A stretch of DNA of 64,000 nucleotides from an uncultured Bacteroidota bacterium (GCA_963740235.1 CAVUDG010000006.1:1-64000), one strand, 5' to 3'. Shown: positions 49,409 through 59,500, numbered from the stretch's first letter. A program made the numbers and translations. Notes: a model not told the origin generated them from the letters alone.

Positions 49409-50956
49409 ATGCTCCGGAAGTCCTCCGCCGTCCTCGCCGTCCTCATCGTGGGCGGGCTCGTCGCCGCCGCCATCGGCTCCACCTCCGACCCCGAGTCGGT
49501 CGTCATCCCGGACCCGATCGTGCGCGACCTGGGCGACATCTTGGAGCGGGACACGCTCGTCGCGCTCACCTCGTACACCTCGACGAGCTACTTCCTGTAC
49601 CGGGGCCAGGCGTTCGGCTTCGAGTACGAGTTGCTCCGCGACTTCGCCGAGGACCAGGACATCGTGTTCGAGATCAAGGTGGTCCCGCCGGACAGCATCC
49701 TGTACTACCTCAACGCGGGCTTGGGCGACATCGCGGCGGCCCGGCTCCAGCCGGTCGCCCAGGACACGTCGATGTTCGGGTTCACCCGCAACCTCTACGA
49801 GACCCAGCCGGTCGTCGTCCAGGCCTCGGCGCCCGTCGACACCTCGGAAGTCGTGGCCCCGGAGGTCCCGCAGGCCATCGCCGAGCGGCGCGGCCAGATC
49901 CAGGGCGGCGACGTCCCGGCCGACCCGGTCACCATCCGGGCCCGCCCCGTCCGCCGCCCGGCCGACCTGGCCGGCCAGGAGGTGTTCCTGCCCTCCGACG
50001 ACCCCTACGTCGACCGGCTGGTCGAGCTCCAGGACCGGATCACGGGCGACATCCGGATCGTCGAGGTCGACACGACGAGCGAGGCGCTGATCCGCAACGT
50101 CGCCGTGGGCAACATCGAGCTGACCGTCGCCCAGGAGAACGTGGCCCAGCTCGAGGAGGGGTACTACGAGAACTTGGTGGTCCAGCCGGCCGTCGGAGCC
50201 CCGCACGGGGTCGCGTGGGCCGTCCGCGACAACGCGCCCGAACTGCTCACGGCCCTCGACGCCTGGATCCTGGAGAACCGCGAGACGCGGCGCTGGAACC
50301 AGCTCTACCGGAAGTACTACGTCGACCGCCGCGGCTACCGCGAGCGGATCGAGACGGGCTTCCTGACCGGCGAGACCGGCAACCTCTCGGGCTACGACGA
50401 CCTCCTCAAGCGCTACGCGCCGACGGTCGGGTGGGACTGGCGCCTGCTGGGGAGCCAGATGTACCAGGAGAGCCGGTTCGAGCCGCGCGCCCGGTCGTGG
50501 GCCGGCGCGATGGGGTTGCTGCAGATCATGCCCGGGACGGCCCGCGACCTGGGCCTGGCCGACCCCTACGACCCCGAGGCCAACGTCGAGGCCGCCGCGC
50601 GCTACCTCAAGTGGCTCGAGGACAACTACTGGGCCGAGGAGATCCCCGACCCCGACGAGCGGGTCAAGTTCATCCTGGCCAGCTACAACGCCGGCGCCGG
50701 CCACGTGCTCGACGCCATGCGACTGACCGAGGCCGAGGGCGGCGACCGGACGCAGTGGGAGGACGTCGCGTTCTGGCTCCTGCAGAAGTCGGACCCGGCC
50801 GTCTACAACCGCCCCGAGGTCCGGCACGGCTACGCCCGCGGGCTCGAGCCCGTCCACTACGTCTCGATCATCCTGGAGCGGTTCGCCCACTACCAGCAGT
50901 TCGTCGAGGGGGAGGAGGGGGCCGAGTCCGTCCCGGACCAGGAGCTGGGCGCCTGA
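49409..50956 (+). CDS. mltF: membrane-bound lytic murein transglycosylase F-like (SBP_bac_3 + SLT domains), intact
   Basis: N-terminal solute-binding-like domain, then SLT motifs LLGSQMYQESRFEPRARSWAGAMGLLQIMPGTARDLG...ASYNAGAGHV. Confidence 0.85.
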   Translation: MLRKSSAVLAVLIVGGLVAAAIGSTSDPESVVIPDPIVRDLGDILERDTLVALTSYTSTSYFLYRGQAFGFEYELLRDFAEDQDIVFEIKVVPPDSILYYLNAGLGDIAAARLQPVAQDTSMFGFTRNLYETQPVVVQASAPVDTSEVVAPEVPQAIAERRGQIQGGDVPADPVTIRARPVRRPADLAGQEVFLPSDDPYVDRLVELQDRITGDIRIVEVDTTSEALIRNVAVGNIELTVAQENVAQLEEGYYENLVVQPAVGAPHGVAWAVRDNAPELLTALDAWILENRETRRWNQLYRKYYVDRRGYRERIETGFLTGETGNLSGYDDLLKRYAPTVGWDWRLLGSQMYQESRFEPRARSWAGAMGLLQIMPGTARDLGLADPYDPEANVEAAARYLKWLEDNYWAEEIPDPDERVKFILASYNAGAGHVLDAMRLTEAEGGDRTQWEDVAFWLLQKSDPAVYNRPEVRHGYARGLEPVHYVSIILERFAHYQQFVEGEEGAESVPDQELGA

Positions 50957-51091
50957 GCGCGCCCGGCGAGACGGCCGGCGTAGGGCGCTCGGAAGGGCCC
51001 GGACGGGGCACGCCGTCCGGGATGCCTGCGCACGCCGTGCGCACCTAGCTTCTCAGGCGTCCCCACTCCGCTCGGTTCCCACTCCGCCCGC

Positions 51092-51301
51092 ATGTCTGAG
51101 TTCGCTACCCCCGACGCCACCCGCGCCGCCATGAAAGAGGCCGTCACCGAGGCGCTCCGCGAGAACCGCGACTGGCTCCGGGAGCTGGTCCAGGAGGCGC
51201 TCGTCGAGGTCGCCTCGGCCGAGGCCCGCCGCGAGGCCGACATCCGGGCGGCCTACGCCGACCGCCAGCGGCCCCACGCCATCCCCCACGGCCGGGCCTA
51301 G
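51092..51301 (+). CDS. hypothetical small protein (69 aa)
   Basis: ATG ORF with helical, charged sequence. Preceded by the GTTCCCACTCC motif. No homology assigned. Confidence 0.3.
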   Translation: MSEFATPDATRAAMKEAVTEALRENRDWLRELVQEALVEVASAEARREADIRAAYADRQRPHAIPHGRA

Positions 51302-51306
51302 CGCCC

Positions 51307-51332
51307 CGCCCGCCTCGGCGTCGAGGCGGGCA
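51307..51332. repeat. REP-like palindrome between convergent small ORF and M61 peptidase
   Basis: cccgcctcggcgtcgaggcggg. Confidence 0.7.
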
Positions 51333-51340
51333 CACCCGAG

Positions 51341-53185
51341 CTACTCGGACGCCTTCGGTCCGAGCCACGCCTCGCGGAACGCGCGGACGGCCTCGGTGAC
51401 CGGCCGGCCGGCGGCCTCGAACGTCACCAGCTCCAGGGCGGGGTCGGGCACGAGACGGGCCCGGCGCGTCTTGACGGCGCCGCGCTGCTCGAACACGACC
51501 TCGACCTCGGCGCCGGGTCGGGCGCGCAGGACCGCCGCCGTGACCCCCTCCCGCGTGCCGGCCGGCAGCCCGTTGACGCGGAGCAGCCGGTCGCCCGACG
51601 ACAGTCCGATCTCGTACGCCGGCGTGCCGGGCCGAACCGGCTGGACGACGACCGCGCCGGCGGGGTCGTCGCGCAGCGCGAGCGGGCCCAGCGTGCCCTG
51701 GTCCGGGCGGGCCGGGCGCAGGACGAGGCCGGCCGGCTCGACGAGCGCGGCGTAGTCGAGCACGTCGCCGTGGTCGACGTAGCGGTCGAAGAACGCGGCG
51801 GCCCAGGCCGGGTCGCCGGCGACCCCCCCCAAGACGCGCTCGAGGTCGACCCGGGTGTAGGTCGCGGCGGGCGTCGTGGCGTCCTGGCGCTGGCCGAACG
51901 CGGCCCACATGGCCCGCATGTAGTCGTCGAGCGTCCGGTCGTAGCGCTGGCGGAGCGTCAAGTCGAGGCCCAGCCCCAGCACCTCGCCCCAGGTGTAGTA
52001 CGAGACGAACGTGGTCCCATACGTCGTCTCGTCGATGGCGACGGCCGCGTCGACGAACGTCGCCAGCCGGCTCATGTCTGCCGGGCCGCGGTACGCCCGG
52101 GCGGGCGACTGGAGCACGTAGTTGAGCGCGCCCGTCAGGTCGCCGGCGTAGTCCTCCAGCGAGAGGTAGCCGGCGCGTGCGCGCGTGACGCCGTCGTAGT
52201 AGCTCGTGAAGCCCTCGCCGAACCACAGGTTCTCGGACGGGTTGGCGCCCTCGAAGTCGAACGGCTCCAGCGCCGCGTCGCGCAGCCGCTCCATGTTCCA
52301 GGCGTGGAAGTGCTCGTGGGCCAGCGTGCCCAGCACCCGGAGCGCGCCGTCGCCGTCGAGCGCGGTCGTGCTGGTCAGGATGGTCGAGTTCCGGTGCTCC
52401 ATCCCGTCGCCGGCGACCCAGGGGAGGTAGTCGGCCAGGAAGGTGTAGGTGCCGAAGTCGAACGCGGGGTAGGCCCCGAACACGGCGGCCTGCTCGGCGA
52501 TCACGCGCCGGGCCATCTCGGCGTAGGCCAGTCCCTCCGCCTCGGTGCCGGCGTGGTGGAGGGCGAGCCGGTAGGTCTGGCCGCCCTGCTCCCACTCGAC
52601 CAACTGGTGGGCGCTGAGCTCCGTCGGCGAGTCCATGAAGTAGGCCAGGTCGGGCGCCGTGAACGTGGTCGGCGAGCCGGTCGGCACGAGCTGGGTCGCG
52701 ACCCGCCAGTCGTGGACCGGGTCGAACGTGATGCGGACCGGCCGATTCTCCAGCCCGCGCGCCCAGGCGAACGCCGCCGGCATGTTGTAGTGGGCGTGCG
52801 TCGAGTCGACCCCGGCGTACGTGCCGTCGGCCCGGTTCGAGTAGAGCGTGTAGCGGAACCGGACGGTCCCGTCGTGCCCGGCCACGGCCCACTCGTAGGG
52901 CGTCGGCCGGGTGACCGCGAGCGGCTCGCCCGCGCCGTCGACCGCCGAGACGTCGAAGACGTTCTTGGCGAACTCGTGGAGCGCGTAGCGCCCGGGCGAG
53001 GCCCGGCTCATCACGACCGCCAGCGGCCCGGCGTCGACGTCGGCGAACGTCGCGACGATGCGGGTCTCGTGGGCCGCCGCCTGGGGCCACGACACGTCGT
53101 AGACCACCTCGGCCGGCTGGGCCGCGAGCGTCCCGGCGACGAGCGCGGCCAGGAGGGAGGGGACGAGGCGGAGCGGGCGCGGCAT
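51341..53185 (-). CDS. M61-family glycyl aminopeptidase with C-terminal PDZ domain, intact
   Basis: Signal peptide MPRPLRLVPSLLAALVAGTLAAQ. Zincin motif LAHEHFHAWNMERL. PDZ-like C-terminus GAVVVQPVRPGTPAYEIGLSSGDRLLRVNG. Confidence 0.8.
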   Translation of the reverse strand: MPRPLRLVPSLLAALVAGTLAAQPAEVVYDVSWPQAAAHETRIVATFADVDAGPLAVVMSRASPGRYALHEFAKNVFDVSAVDGAGEPLAVTRPTPYEWAVAGHDGTVRFRYTLYSNRADGTYAGVDSTHAHYNMPAAFAWARGLENRPVRITFDPVHDWRVATQLVPTGSPTTFTAPDLAYFMDSPTELSAHQLVEWEQGGQTYRLALHHAGTEAEGLAYAEMARRVIAEQAAVFGAYPAFDFGTYTFLADYLPWVAGDGMEHRNSTILTSTTALDGDGALRVLGTLAHEHFHAWNMERLRDAALEPFDFEGANPSENLWFGEGFTSYYDGVTRARAGYLSLEDYAGDLTGALNYVLQSPARAYRGPADMSRLATFVDAAVAIDETTYGTTFVSYYTWGEVLGLGLDLTLRQRYDRTLDDYMRAMWAAFGQRQDATTPAATYTRVDLERVLGGVAGDPAWAAAFFDRYVDHGDVLDYAALVEPAGLVLRPARPDQGTLGPLALRDDPAGAVVVQPVRPGTPAYEIGLSSGDRLLRVNGLPAGTREGVTAAVLRARPGAEVEVVFEQRGAVKTRRARLVPDPALELVTFEAAGRPVTEAVRAFREAWLGPKASE

Positions 53186-53224
53186 CGGCGGAGGCGGAGG
53201 GGGAGACGCATGATAGATCCGGCC

Positions 53225-53249
53225 CCGCCCGCCTCGGCGCCGAGGCGGA
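53225..53249. repeat. REP-like palindrome in the M61/SBP divergent region
   Basis: cccgcctcggcgccgaggcgg. Confidence 0.7.
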
Positions 53250-53358
53250 GCGGGTGGGCCTGGGGCTCCCGGTCCGGGAACGGCCCCCACCCGTCCCCGG
53301 CGGCCGAGGGAACGTCGCCCGGCCGGCGTCGATAGGCGCGGCCCCCACCGCTCCCGCC

Positions 53359-54385
53359 GTGCCCCGACTGGTCCTGCTCGCCGCCGCCGCCCTCGCGCTC
53401 TCCGCCTGCTCCGGCGACGGCCGCACGCCCGCTCCTGGTCTACTCGCCCCACGGCAAGGAGATGCTCCGGGCCTACGAGGAGGCGTTCGAGGCCGAGAAC
53501 CCGACGGTCGACGTCCAGTGGATCGACCTGGGCAGCCAGGAGGTCTACGACCGGATCGCCGGCGAGCGCGTCAACCCCCAGGCGTCGGTCTGGTGGGGCG
53601 CGCCCCAGACCCTGTTCATGCAGGCCGCCGCCGACTCGCTGCTCCAGCCGTTCACGCCGTCCTGGGCCGACGCCGTGCCGGCCTCGGCGCGCGACGCCCA
53701 GGGGCGGTGGTACGGGACCTACCTCACGCCCGAGGGCCTCCTCTACAACACCGACGCCGTCGCCGAGGCGGACGTACCCGGCGACTGGGACGCGCTCTTG
53801 GACGACCGCTGGCGCGGGCGGCTCTTGATCCGCTCGCCCCTGGAGTCGGGCACGATGCGGACCATCTGGGGCGCCATGATCCTGCGCCAGCCGACCGTCG
53901 AGGAGGGCTACCGCTGGCTCGCCCGGCTCGACCAGAACACCAAGGGCTACGCCGCCAACCCGACCCAGCTCTACCTCGGCATCGCCCGCGACGAGGCCGA
54001 CCTGACGCTGTGGAACCTGCCCGACACCTACCTCCAGGCCCAGGACTACCCGTTCGGGTTCTCGGCGCCGGCCTCGGGCACGCCCGTCCTGGTCGACGCC
54101 ATCGCCATCCCGGCCGGCGCGCCCCAGCCGGACCTGGCCCGCCAGTTCGTCGAGTTCGTCACCACCCCCGAAGCGCTCGTCCGCCAGGCCGCCGACTTCC
54201 ACCGGATCCCGGCGCGGACCGACATCCCGGCCGACCGCCTGCCGGCCTGGATGGGGGAGGGGACCTACACGCCGATGGACCTCGACTGGGACCGGCTGTC
54301 GCAGGAGGGCCCGGAGTGGATGCAGGTCTGGGACGAGCAGATCAAGGGGCGCGGCGCCGAGTACCTCGCCGAGAACGGCGGCTAG
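53359..54385 (+). CDS. ABC transporter periplasmic substrate-binding lipoprotein (SBP family 1; Fe3+/thiamine/polyamine-like), one apparent frameshift after the signal peptide
   Basis: Lipobox LVLLAAAALALSACSG is in ORF 53254..54444. Mature part LLVYSPHGKEMLRAYEEAFEAENPTVDVQWIDLGSQEVYDRI...WWGAPQTLF is in ORF 53462..54385. Confidence 0.75.
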
Positions 54386-54496
54386 CGCGACCCCACGCGG
54401 GGAGCCGCCGAGAGATCCGGGGCCGCTGGAGGCGCCCGCGATGACACGTTCCGTCGTGCCCGCCTCGCCAGCGGCCTCACCACCTCCAGCGGCTCA

Positions 54497-54536
54497 CCCC
54501 GCCCGCCTCGGTCCGTCGCCCGACCGAGGCGGGGCG
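54497..54536. repeat. REP-like palindrome between the SBP gene and crcB
   Basis: ccccgcccgcctcggtccgtcgcccgaccgaggcggggcg. Also a second 11-bp inverted repeat gccgctggagg/cctccagcggc at 54421..54492. Confidence 0.65.
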
Positions 54537-54570
54537 AGTCGGCTGCCGGGGCCCGGGTGCCGGGCGCGGT

Positions 54571-54975
54571 ATGTTCGCGGGCCCCACGCACCGGTCCCGC
54601 GCCATCGCCCTCCGCTCGTTCCTGCTCGTGGCCCTGGGCGGCGCTCTTGGGGCGGTGATGCGGTACGGCGTGGGGCTGCTCGCGCTCCGCTGGAGCGAGG
54701 CCGCGCCCTGGGGGACGTGGGCGGCCAACGCGCTCGGGTGCCTGCTGATCGGGCTCGCGCTGCCGCTGGTCAAGAGCGACGGCGCCCGGCTGACGCTGCT
54801 GGTCGGCGTGCTCGGCTCGTTCACGACGTTCTCGACCTACTCCGCCGACACGGTCCTGCTCTGGGAGGCCGGCCGGCGCGGGCTGGCCGTCGCGAACGCG
54901 GCCGGGAGCGTGGCCGTCGGCATCGCCTTCGTCGCGCTAGGCTTGGCCCTGGGGCGGTCGCTGGCGGCCGGCTAG
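54571..54975 (+). CDS. crcB: fluoride ion channel CrcB/FluC
   Basis: 134 aa, 4 TM. GGALGAVMRYGV...GTWAANALGCLLIG...GVLGSFTTFSTYS is the CrcB signature. Confidence 0.85.
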   Translation: MFAGPTHRSRAIALRSFLLVALGGALGAVMRYGVGLLALRWSEAAPWGTWAANALGCLLIGLALPLVKSDGARLTLLVGVLGSFTTFSTYSADTVLLWEAGRRGLAVANAAGSVAVGIAFVALGLALGRSLAAG

Positions 54976-55075
54976 AGGATTCGGCGCGTACGGCCCGGCG
55001 ACGGCCCGTTTGCCTTGCCGGGCCGGGCGGACGGTCGGATCTTGCCGGCCCCCTCGTCCGCTCCCCTCCGCCGTG

Positions 55076-56467
55076 GTCCGCCTGTCCTGCTTCCTCCTCG
55101 CGCTCGTGCTGGCCGCCGGCCCCGCCCGGGCCCAGCCGGCGACGGCTCCGGCCGTGCCCGCCGCCGAGGCCGCCTTCCAGAACGGGCTCGCGTCGTTCCA
55201 GCGCGGCGAGTACGCCGAGGCCGAGCGCCTCTTCGCCCGGGCCGCCGACGAGTTCGGCTACAACGAGCGGACGACGGCGGCGACGCTGATGGCGGCCAAG
55301 GCGGCCTACGCCGACGCCGACTTCGACCGGGCGATCTCGCTCGCGACCCGGCTCGTGAGCCAGTACCCGGCCAGCCGCTACGCCGACGAGGCCCGCCGCG
55401 TGAGCGAGCTGGCGGCCCAGGGCGGCCAGGGCGGACGCGGTCGGCCGTTCGACCTGGGCATCGTGCTGCCGGTCGCCGGCGACGACGGGTACCTGGGGCA
55501 GGCCCTGTTCAACGGGATCCGGATCGCCGTCGACGAGCGGAACGCGTCGGGCCAGGGGCGCCCGGTGCGGATGGTGTTCCGCGACTCGCGCGGGACCGGC
55601 GACGCGGCCCGGACGGCCGTCGAAGGTGTGGTGGCCGAGGGCGCCGACGCCATCGTGGGCCCGCTCTTTAGCGACGAGGCCGCCCCGGCCGGCGAAGCCG
55701 CCGAGGCGGCCGGGGTCGTGCTGGTGGCCCCGCTCGCGACCGACGAGGCGGTCGGGCAGGGCCGCCGGTTCGTGTTCCAGGCCAATCCGACGTTCCCGGC
55801 CCGGGGCCGCGCCATGGCCCGCTACGCCGTCGGCCGGCTGGGCGCCGACCGGCTGGGCGTGGCCTCGCAGCGCGGGACGTTGGGGGCCGACATGGCCGGG
55901 GCGTTCGCGACCGAGGCCAGCCGCCTGGGCGCCTCCGTGACGTTCCAGAAGTCGCTCGCCGACGCGACCGCCTGGGAGGACCTCGACCGGGAGGTGGGCG
56001 CCTCGGCGCTCCAGGCCGTCGACGCCGTCTACCTGCCGGTCACGGGCCGCGACGCGCCCCGCTACGCCGCCGACGCGCTCCGGGCGCTCGACGCGCTCAA
56101 CCGGTCGCCGCGCCCGCTGGGCAACACCGAGTGGGAGGGGCTGTCGTCGTCGACGGCCCGGGCCAGCCGGCTGGGGGCCGTCTTCACCCAGGACTTCTTC
56201 GTCGCGCCCGGCGCCGCCGACGCGTTCGGCCGGCGGTACCGCGAGCTGGCCGGGATCGGCCAGGACCGGCTGGCGCTCATCGGCTACGACATCACGCGCT
56301 TCCTGCTCGCCACGCTCGACCGCGACGAGGGCGACCTGGCCGACGGGATCCGCCGGTCGGACCTGTTCGAGGGGGTGGGCCACCGGTTCCGGTTCGAGGG
56401 CGGCCAGGTCAACGGGGCCCTCTACGTGCTGGGCTTCCGCGACGGCCAGGCGGTCCTGCTGGAGTAA
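55076..56467 (+). CDS. TPR + periplasmic-binding-protein (type I) lipoprotein, LpoA-like
   Basis: Signal peptide LSCFLLALVLAAGPARAQ. TPR region FQNGLASFQRGEYAEAERLF...YPASRYADEA. Then a Leu/Ile/Val-binding-protein-like domain (IGLVLPVAGDDGYLGQALFNGIRIAV...). Confidence 0.65.
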   Translation, partial: VRLSCFLLALVLAAGPARAQPATAPAVPAAEAAFQNGLASFQRGEYAEAERLFARAADEFGYNERTTAATLMAAKAAYADADFDRAISLATRLVSQYPASRYADEARRVSELAAQGGQGGRGRPFDLGIVLPVAGDDGYLGQALFNGIRIAVDERNASGQGRPVRMVFRDSRGTGDAARTAVEGVVAEGADAIVGPLFSDEAAPAGEAAEAAGVVLVAPLATDEAVGQGRRFVFQANPTFPARGRAMARYAVGRLGADRLGVASQRGTLGADMAGAFATEASRLGASVTFQKSLADATAWEDLDREVGASALQAVDAVYLPVTGRDAPRYAADALRALDALNRSPRPLGNTEWEGLSSSTARASRLGAVFTQDFFVAPGAADAFGRRYRELAGIGQDRLALIGYDITRFLLATLDRDEGDLADGIRRSDLFEGVGHRFRFEGGQVNGALYVLGFRDGQAVLLE

Positions 56468-56613
56468 GCGGGCCGGGAAGCTTCACCTGGCGTCTGCCAT
56501 TTCCCCGTCTGCCGTTCCCACTCCCCTCGGGTTGCCGGGCGAGATTGGGCTGCAATAAGCCATCTCCGGCCCCGTTCGTGCCCGCATCGCGCCCCTTTCC
56601 TCCCCGTCCGTTT

Positions 56614-57426
56614 ATGTCGCTCCGCACCGGGCTCCTCGCCGTCGCCGTCGTCTCTCTCGTGGGATGCGGGGGCGGGCCTACGACGTTCGGGTCGGCCCAG
56701 GAGGCCTACGACCGGGGCGTCGAGGCCGCTGAGCGCGGCAAGTACGCCCAGGCCACGGAGTACCTCCGCGCGGCCCTCGACTTCGGCCGGACCGGCGAGC
56801 TCGCCGACGACGCCCAGCTGGCGCTCGCCCGGGCCTACGCGGCCGACGGCCAGTACCTGCTGGCGGGCAACGAGTTCACCCGGTTCGTCGAGTTCTACCG
56901 GACCGACCCCCGGGTCGAGCAGGCGGCGTTCGAGCGGATCCAGGCCTACGCCGAGCTGAGCCCCCGCTACGAGCTCGACCAGACCGACACGCGGCAGGCG
57001 CTGAGCTACATCCGGATCTTCCTCCAGCAGTACCCGGAGAGCCCCAACCTGGCCGCCGCCGACGCGCTCGCCGCCGGGCTCCGCGAGAAGCTGGCCCGCA
57101 AGCAGTACCAGGCCGGCCGGCTCTACGAGCGTCGCGAGTACTACGAGGCCGCCGTGATCGCCTTCCGCGACGTGCTCAACGAGTACCCCGCCAGCGAGTA
57201 CGCCGACGACGCGTTGGTGGGCGCCGTCCGCGCCCAGCTGGCCTACGCCGACGGGAGCATCCAGGCCCGCCAGCAGGCCCGCTACCGGAGCGCGCTCGAC
57301 CTCTACGACCAGCTGACGACGCTCTTCCCCCAGAGCCCGGTGCTCGCCGAGGGCCAGGCGCTCTACGACCGGGCCTACCGGGGCTGGCGCGCGGCGGGCG
57401 GCGGCGACGCGGCGCTGGCCGACTAG
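56614..57426 (+). CDS. bamD: outer membrane protein assembly factor BamD (TPR lipoprotein)
   Basis: MSLRTGLLAVAVVSLVGCGG lipobox. TPR repeats AQEAYDRGVEAAERGKYAQATEYLRAAL...YPESPNLAAADALAAGLREKLARKQYQAGRLYERREYYEAAVIAFRDVLNEYPASEYADDAL. Confidence 0.8.
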   Translation: MSLRTGLLAVAVVSLVGCGGGPTTFGSAQEAYDRGVEAAERGKYAQATEYLRAALDFGRTGELADDAQLALARAYAADGQYLLAGNEFTRFVEFYRTDPRVEQAAFERIQAYAELSPRYELDQTDTRQALSYIRIFLQQYPESPNLAAADALAAGLREKLARKQYQAGRLYERREYYEAAVIAFRDVLNEYPASEYADDALVGAVRAQLAYADGSIQARQQARYRSALDLYDQLTTLFPQSPVLAEGQALYDRAYRGWRAAGGGDAALAD

Positions 57427-57540
57427 CCAGACGGGGCCCGTCGTCCGGTCCCCGGTGCCAAGAGAGGAGACGACAGGTACGGCGCCGCCGTGACCCCGTG
57501 TGGCCGACGCGGGGGTGTGCGGGTGCAGCCGGATGAGCGT

Positions 57541-57565
57541 CCCCGCCTCGACGCCCGAGGTGGGC
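57541..57565. repeat. REP-like (imperfect) palindrome after bamD
   Basis: ccgcctcgacgcccgaggtgg. Confidence 0.5.
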
Positions 57566-57696
57566 AGAGTTGAGGGAGCGTGGCGCCGGCGGTGGGCCGT
57601 CCCGAGATTTGGGGCCGCCGCCCGTCTCCGGGTCGCGTGTGACCTGAGCGCGCCGAGCGGCGGCTCTCCCGATGCCCCACCGTGGGGCCCCCACCC

Positions 57697-58263
57697 ATGC
57701 CCTTCGACCCCGCCGCCGTCTCCCGAGCCCAAGCCGGCGATGCCGCCGCCCGCGACGCCCTGCTCGCGGAGGTCGTCTCGCCCGTCCGCGCCTTCTTTCG
57801 CAGCCGGGTCGGCGGGCGCGCCCGAGGTCGACGACCTGATCCAGAACACGCTCGTCCGGGTCCACCGCGGCCTCGACGCGCTCCAGCGCCCCGACCGGTT
57901 CAAGGCCCTCGCCATGAAAGCGGCCCTCTTCGAACTCCAGGACTTCTACCGCGGCCGGTACTCGACGCGCGAGGCGCTGTTCGACCCCGACCTGCCCACG
58001 CCCGGCTCGGTCGGCGCCGAGGACGTCGCGCTCCGGCTCGACCTCGAGGCCGCGCTGGCCGCTCTCACCGACCACGCCCGGACCATCCTCGAACTCCGCG
58101 AGCTGGGCTACCCCTACGCCGAGATCGCCGAGACCCTCGGCACCACCGAGGCGGCCGTCAAGATGCAGGTCAAGCGGGCCTTCGAGAAGCTCCGCACCCT
58201 GCTCGCCGACGGCACCCTGCTCGGCCCTCGCCCTCGTCGTCCTCGCCGCCTTCGCGGCCTGAC
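57697..58263 (+). CDS. ECF (sigma-70 family, group 4) sigma factor, at least 1 apparent frameshift
   Basis: N-terminus MPFDPAAVSRAQAGDAAARDALLAEVVSPVRAFFRSRVGG is in ORF 57682. Region 2/4 EVDDLIQNTLVRVHRGLDALQRPDRFKALAMKAALFELQDFYRG...ILELRELGYPYAEIAETLGTTEAAVKMQVKRAFEKLRTLL is in ORF 57500..58846. Confidence 0.75.
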
Positions 58264-58274
58264 CCCCCTCTGCC

Positions 58275-59500
58275 ATGAGCGACCCCGACGCCCTCGCCTT
58301 CTACGACGCGCTCCCGCCCGACGAGCGGGCCGCCCTGGACGCGGCCCTGCGCGAGCACCCGGCGCTGGCCGAGGCCTTTGCGCGCTGGCAGAGCCTGCGG
58401 GCCGGCGTCCGCGCCGAGCTCGCCCAGGCCCTGCCCGACCGCGCGCTCCTCGTCCTCTACGCGCTCGCCGACGACGACCTGCTGACGCGACGCCGAGCGA
58501 GCCCAGGTCGATCGGCCCGGCCCGCGCTCGACGCCGCGCTCGACCGCGCACCCCGGCCTGGTCGCCGCCGTCCGCCGCGATCCGGGCCGACCGCGACGCC
58601 TTCGACGCCGCCTGGGCCGAGGCGCCGCCGCGCCCGCTACGACCGTCGCCGCCTCGGCGCGCTCGGCCGGCCCGGGCCGGCCTGGCGGCGCCCGACCCGG
58701 CCCCGAGGCGGGCCGAGCCGGCGCGCCAGCGCCGCGGCGTAGCGGCGACCGGCCCGCGGCCGACCGGCCGGCGCTCCGGGCCGCGCCGTGCGCTGGGTGT
58801 CGCGGCGCGGCCGTGCTGGCCGTCGTCGCGTTCGCCGCCGTCCTGACGCCACCTCGCCTCTGCGCGACGCGGGCTGGGAGCACGCGTGGCCGACGCTCAG
58901 ACGGTCACGCTCGCCGACGGCTCCGACCATCCAACTCGCCGACGGCGTCCGCCTCCAGCTCTCCGACGACGACGCGACCGCGAGCGCGCGCCTGCTGGGC
59001 GGGACGCGCCCTGTTCCGGATCGTCCCGCGACCCGGCCCACCCGTTCGACGTCGACGACGCCCAACGCCGAGGTCACTCGTCCTCGGGACCACGTTCACG
59101 CGTCGACGCGACCGACGTCGAGACCGAAGTGACGCTGGTCGCCGGCGCCGTCACGCTCGCGCCGCGCGCGACGCCCGACGCGGCGGTCCGCCTGGCGCCG
59201 GGCCAGCGGAGCCGCGTGCTCGCGCTCGACGCGCCCGACGCGCCCCGAGCCCGCCGACCTGGGCACGTTGGCCTGGACCGGCCCCGTCTTCGCAAGCGAG
59301 CCTGACGCTGGGCGAGGTCGCCCGGCGACTGGCCGAGCAGTTCGGCGTGCCGGTGACGGTCGCCCCGGTCGCTGGCCGGTGAGGACGGTCTCCGACGCCG
59401 AGTACGGCGCGAGACGGGCTGCGCGACGCGCTCGACAAGCTGGCGCTCACGCTCGGCGCGCGCGTCGAGGTCGACAGGGGGGCGGCTTCCGGATCGGTGC
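58275..59500 (+). pseudogene. FecR-family anti-sigma factor, multiple apparent frameshifts
   Basis: N-terminal anti-sigma domain MSDPDALAFYDALPPDERAALDAALREHPALAEAFARWQSL is in ORF 58275. FecR-domain pieces VTLADGS, IQLADGVRLQLSDDDATASARLLGG, VEVTLVAGAVTLAPRATPDAAVRLAPGQRSRVL and EVARRLAEQFGVPVTVAP are scattered over ORFs 58788, 58813 and 58886. Confidence 0.55.

Noticed and set aside
54390-54570. Fluoride riboswitch (crcB motif) upstream of crcB.
   Set aside because: No match to the conserved core by eye. The structures present are explained by the REP-type terminator family.
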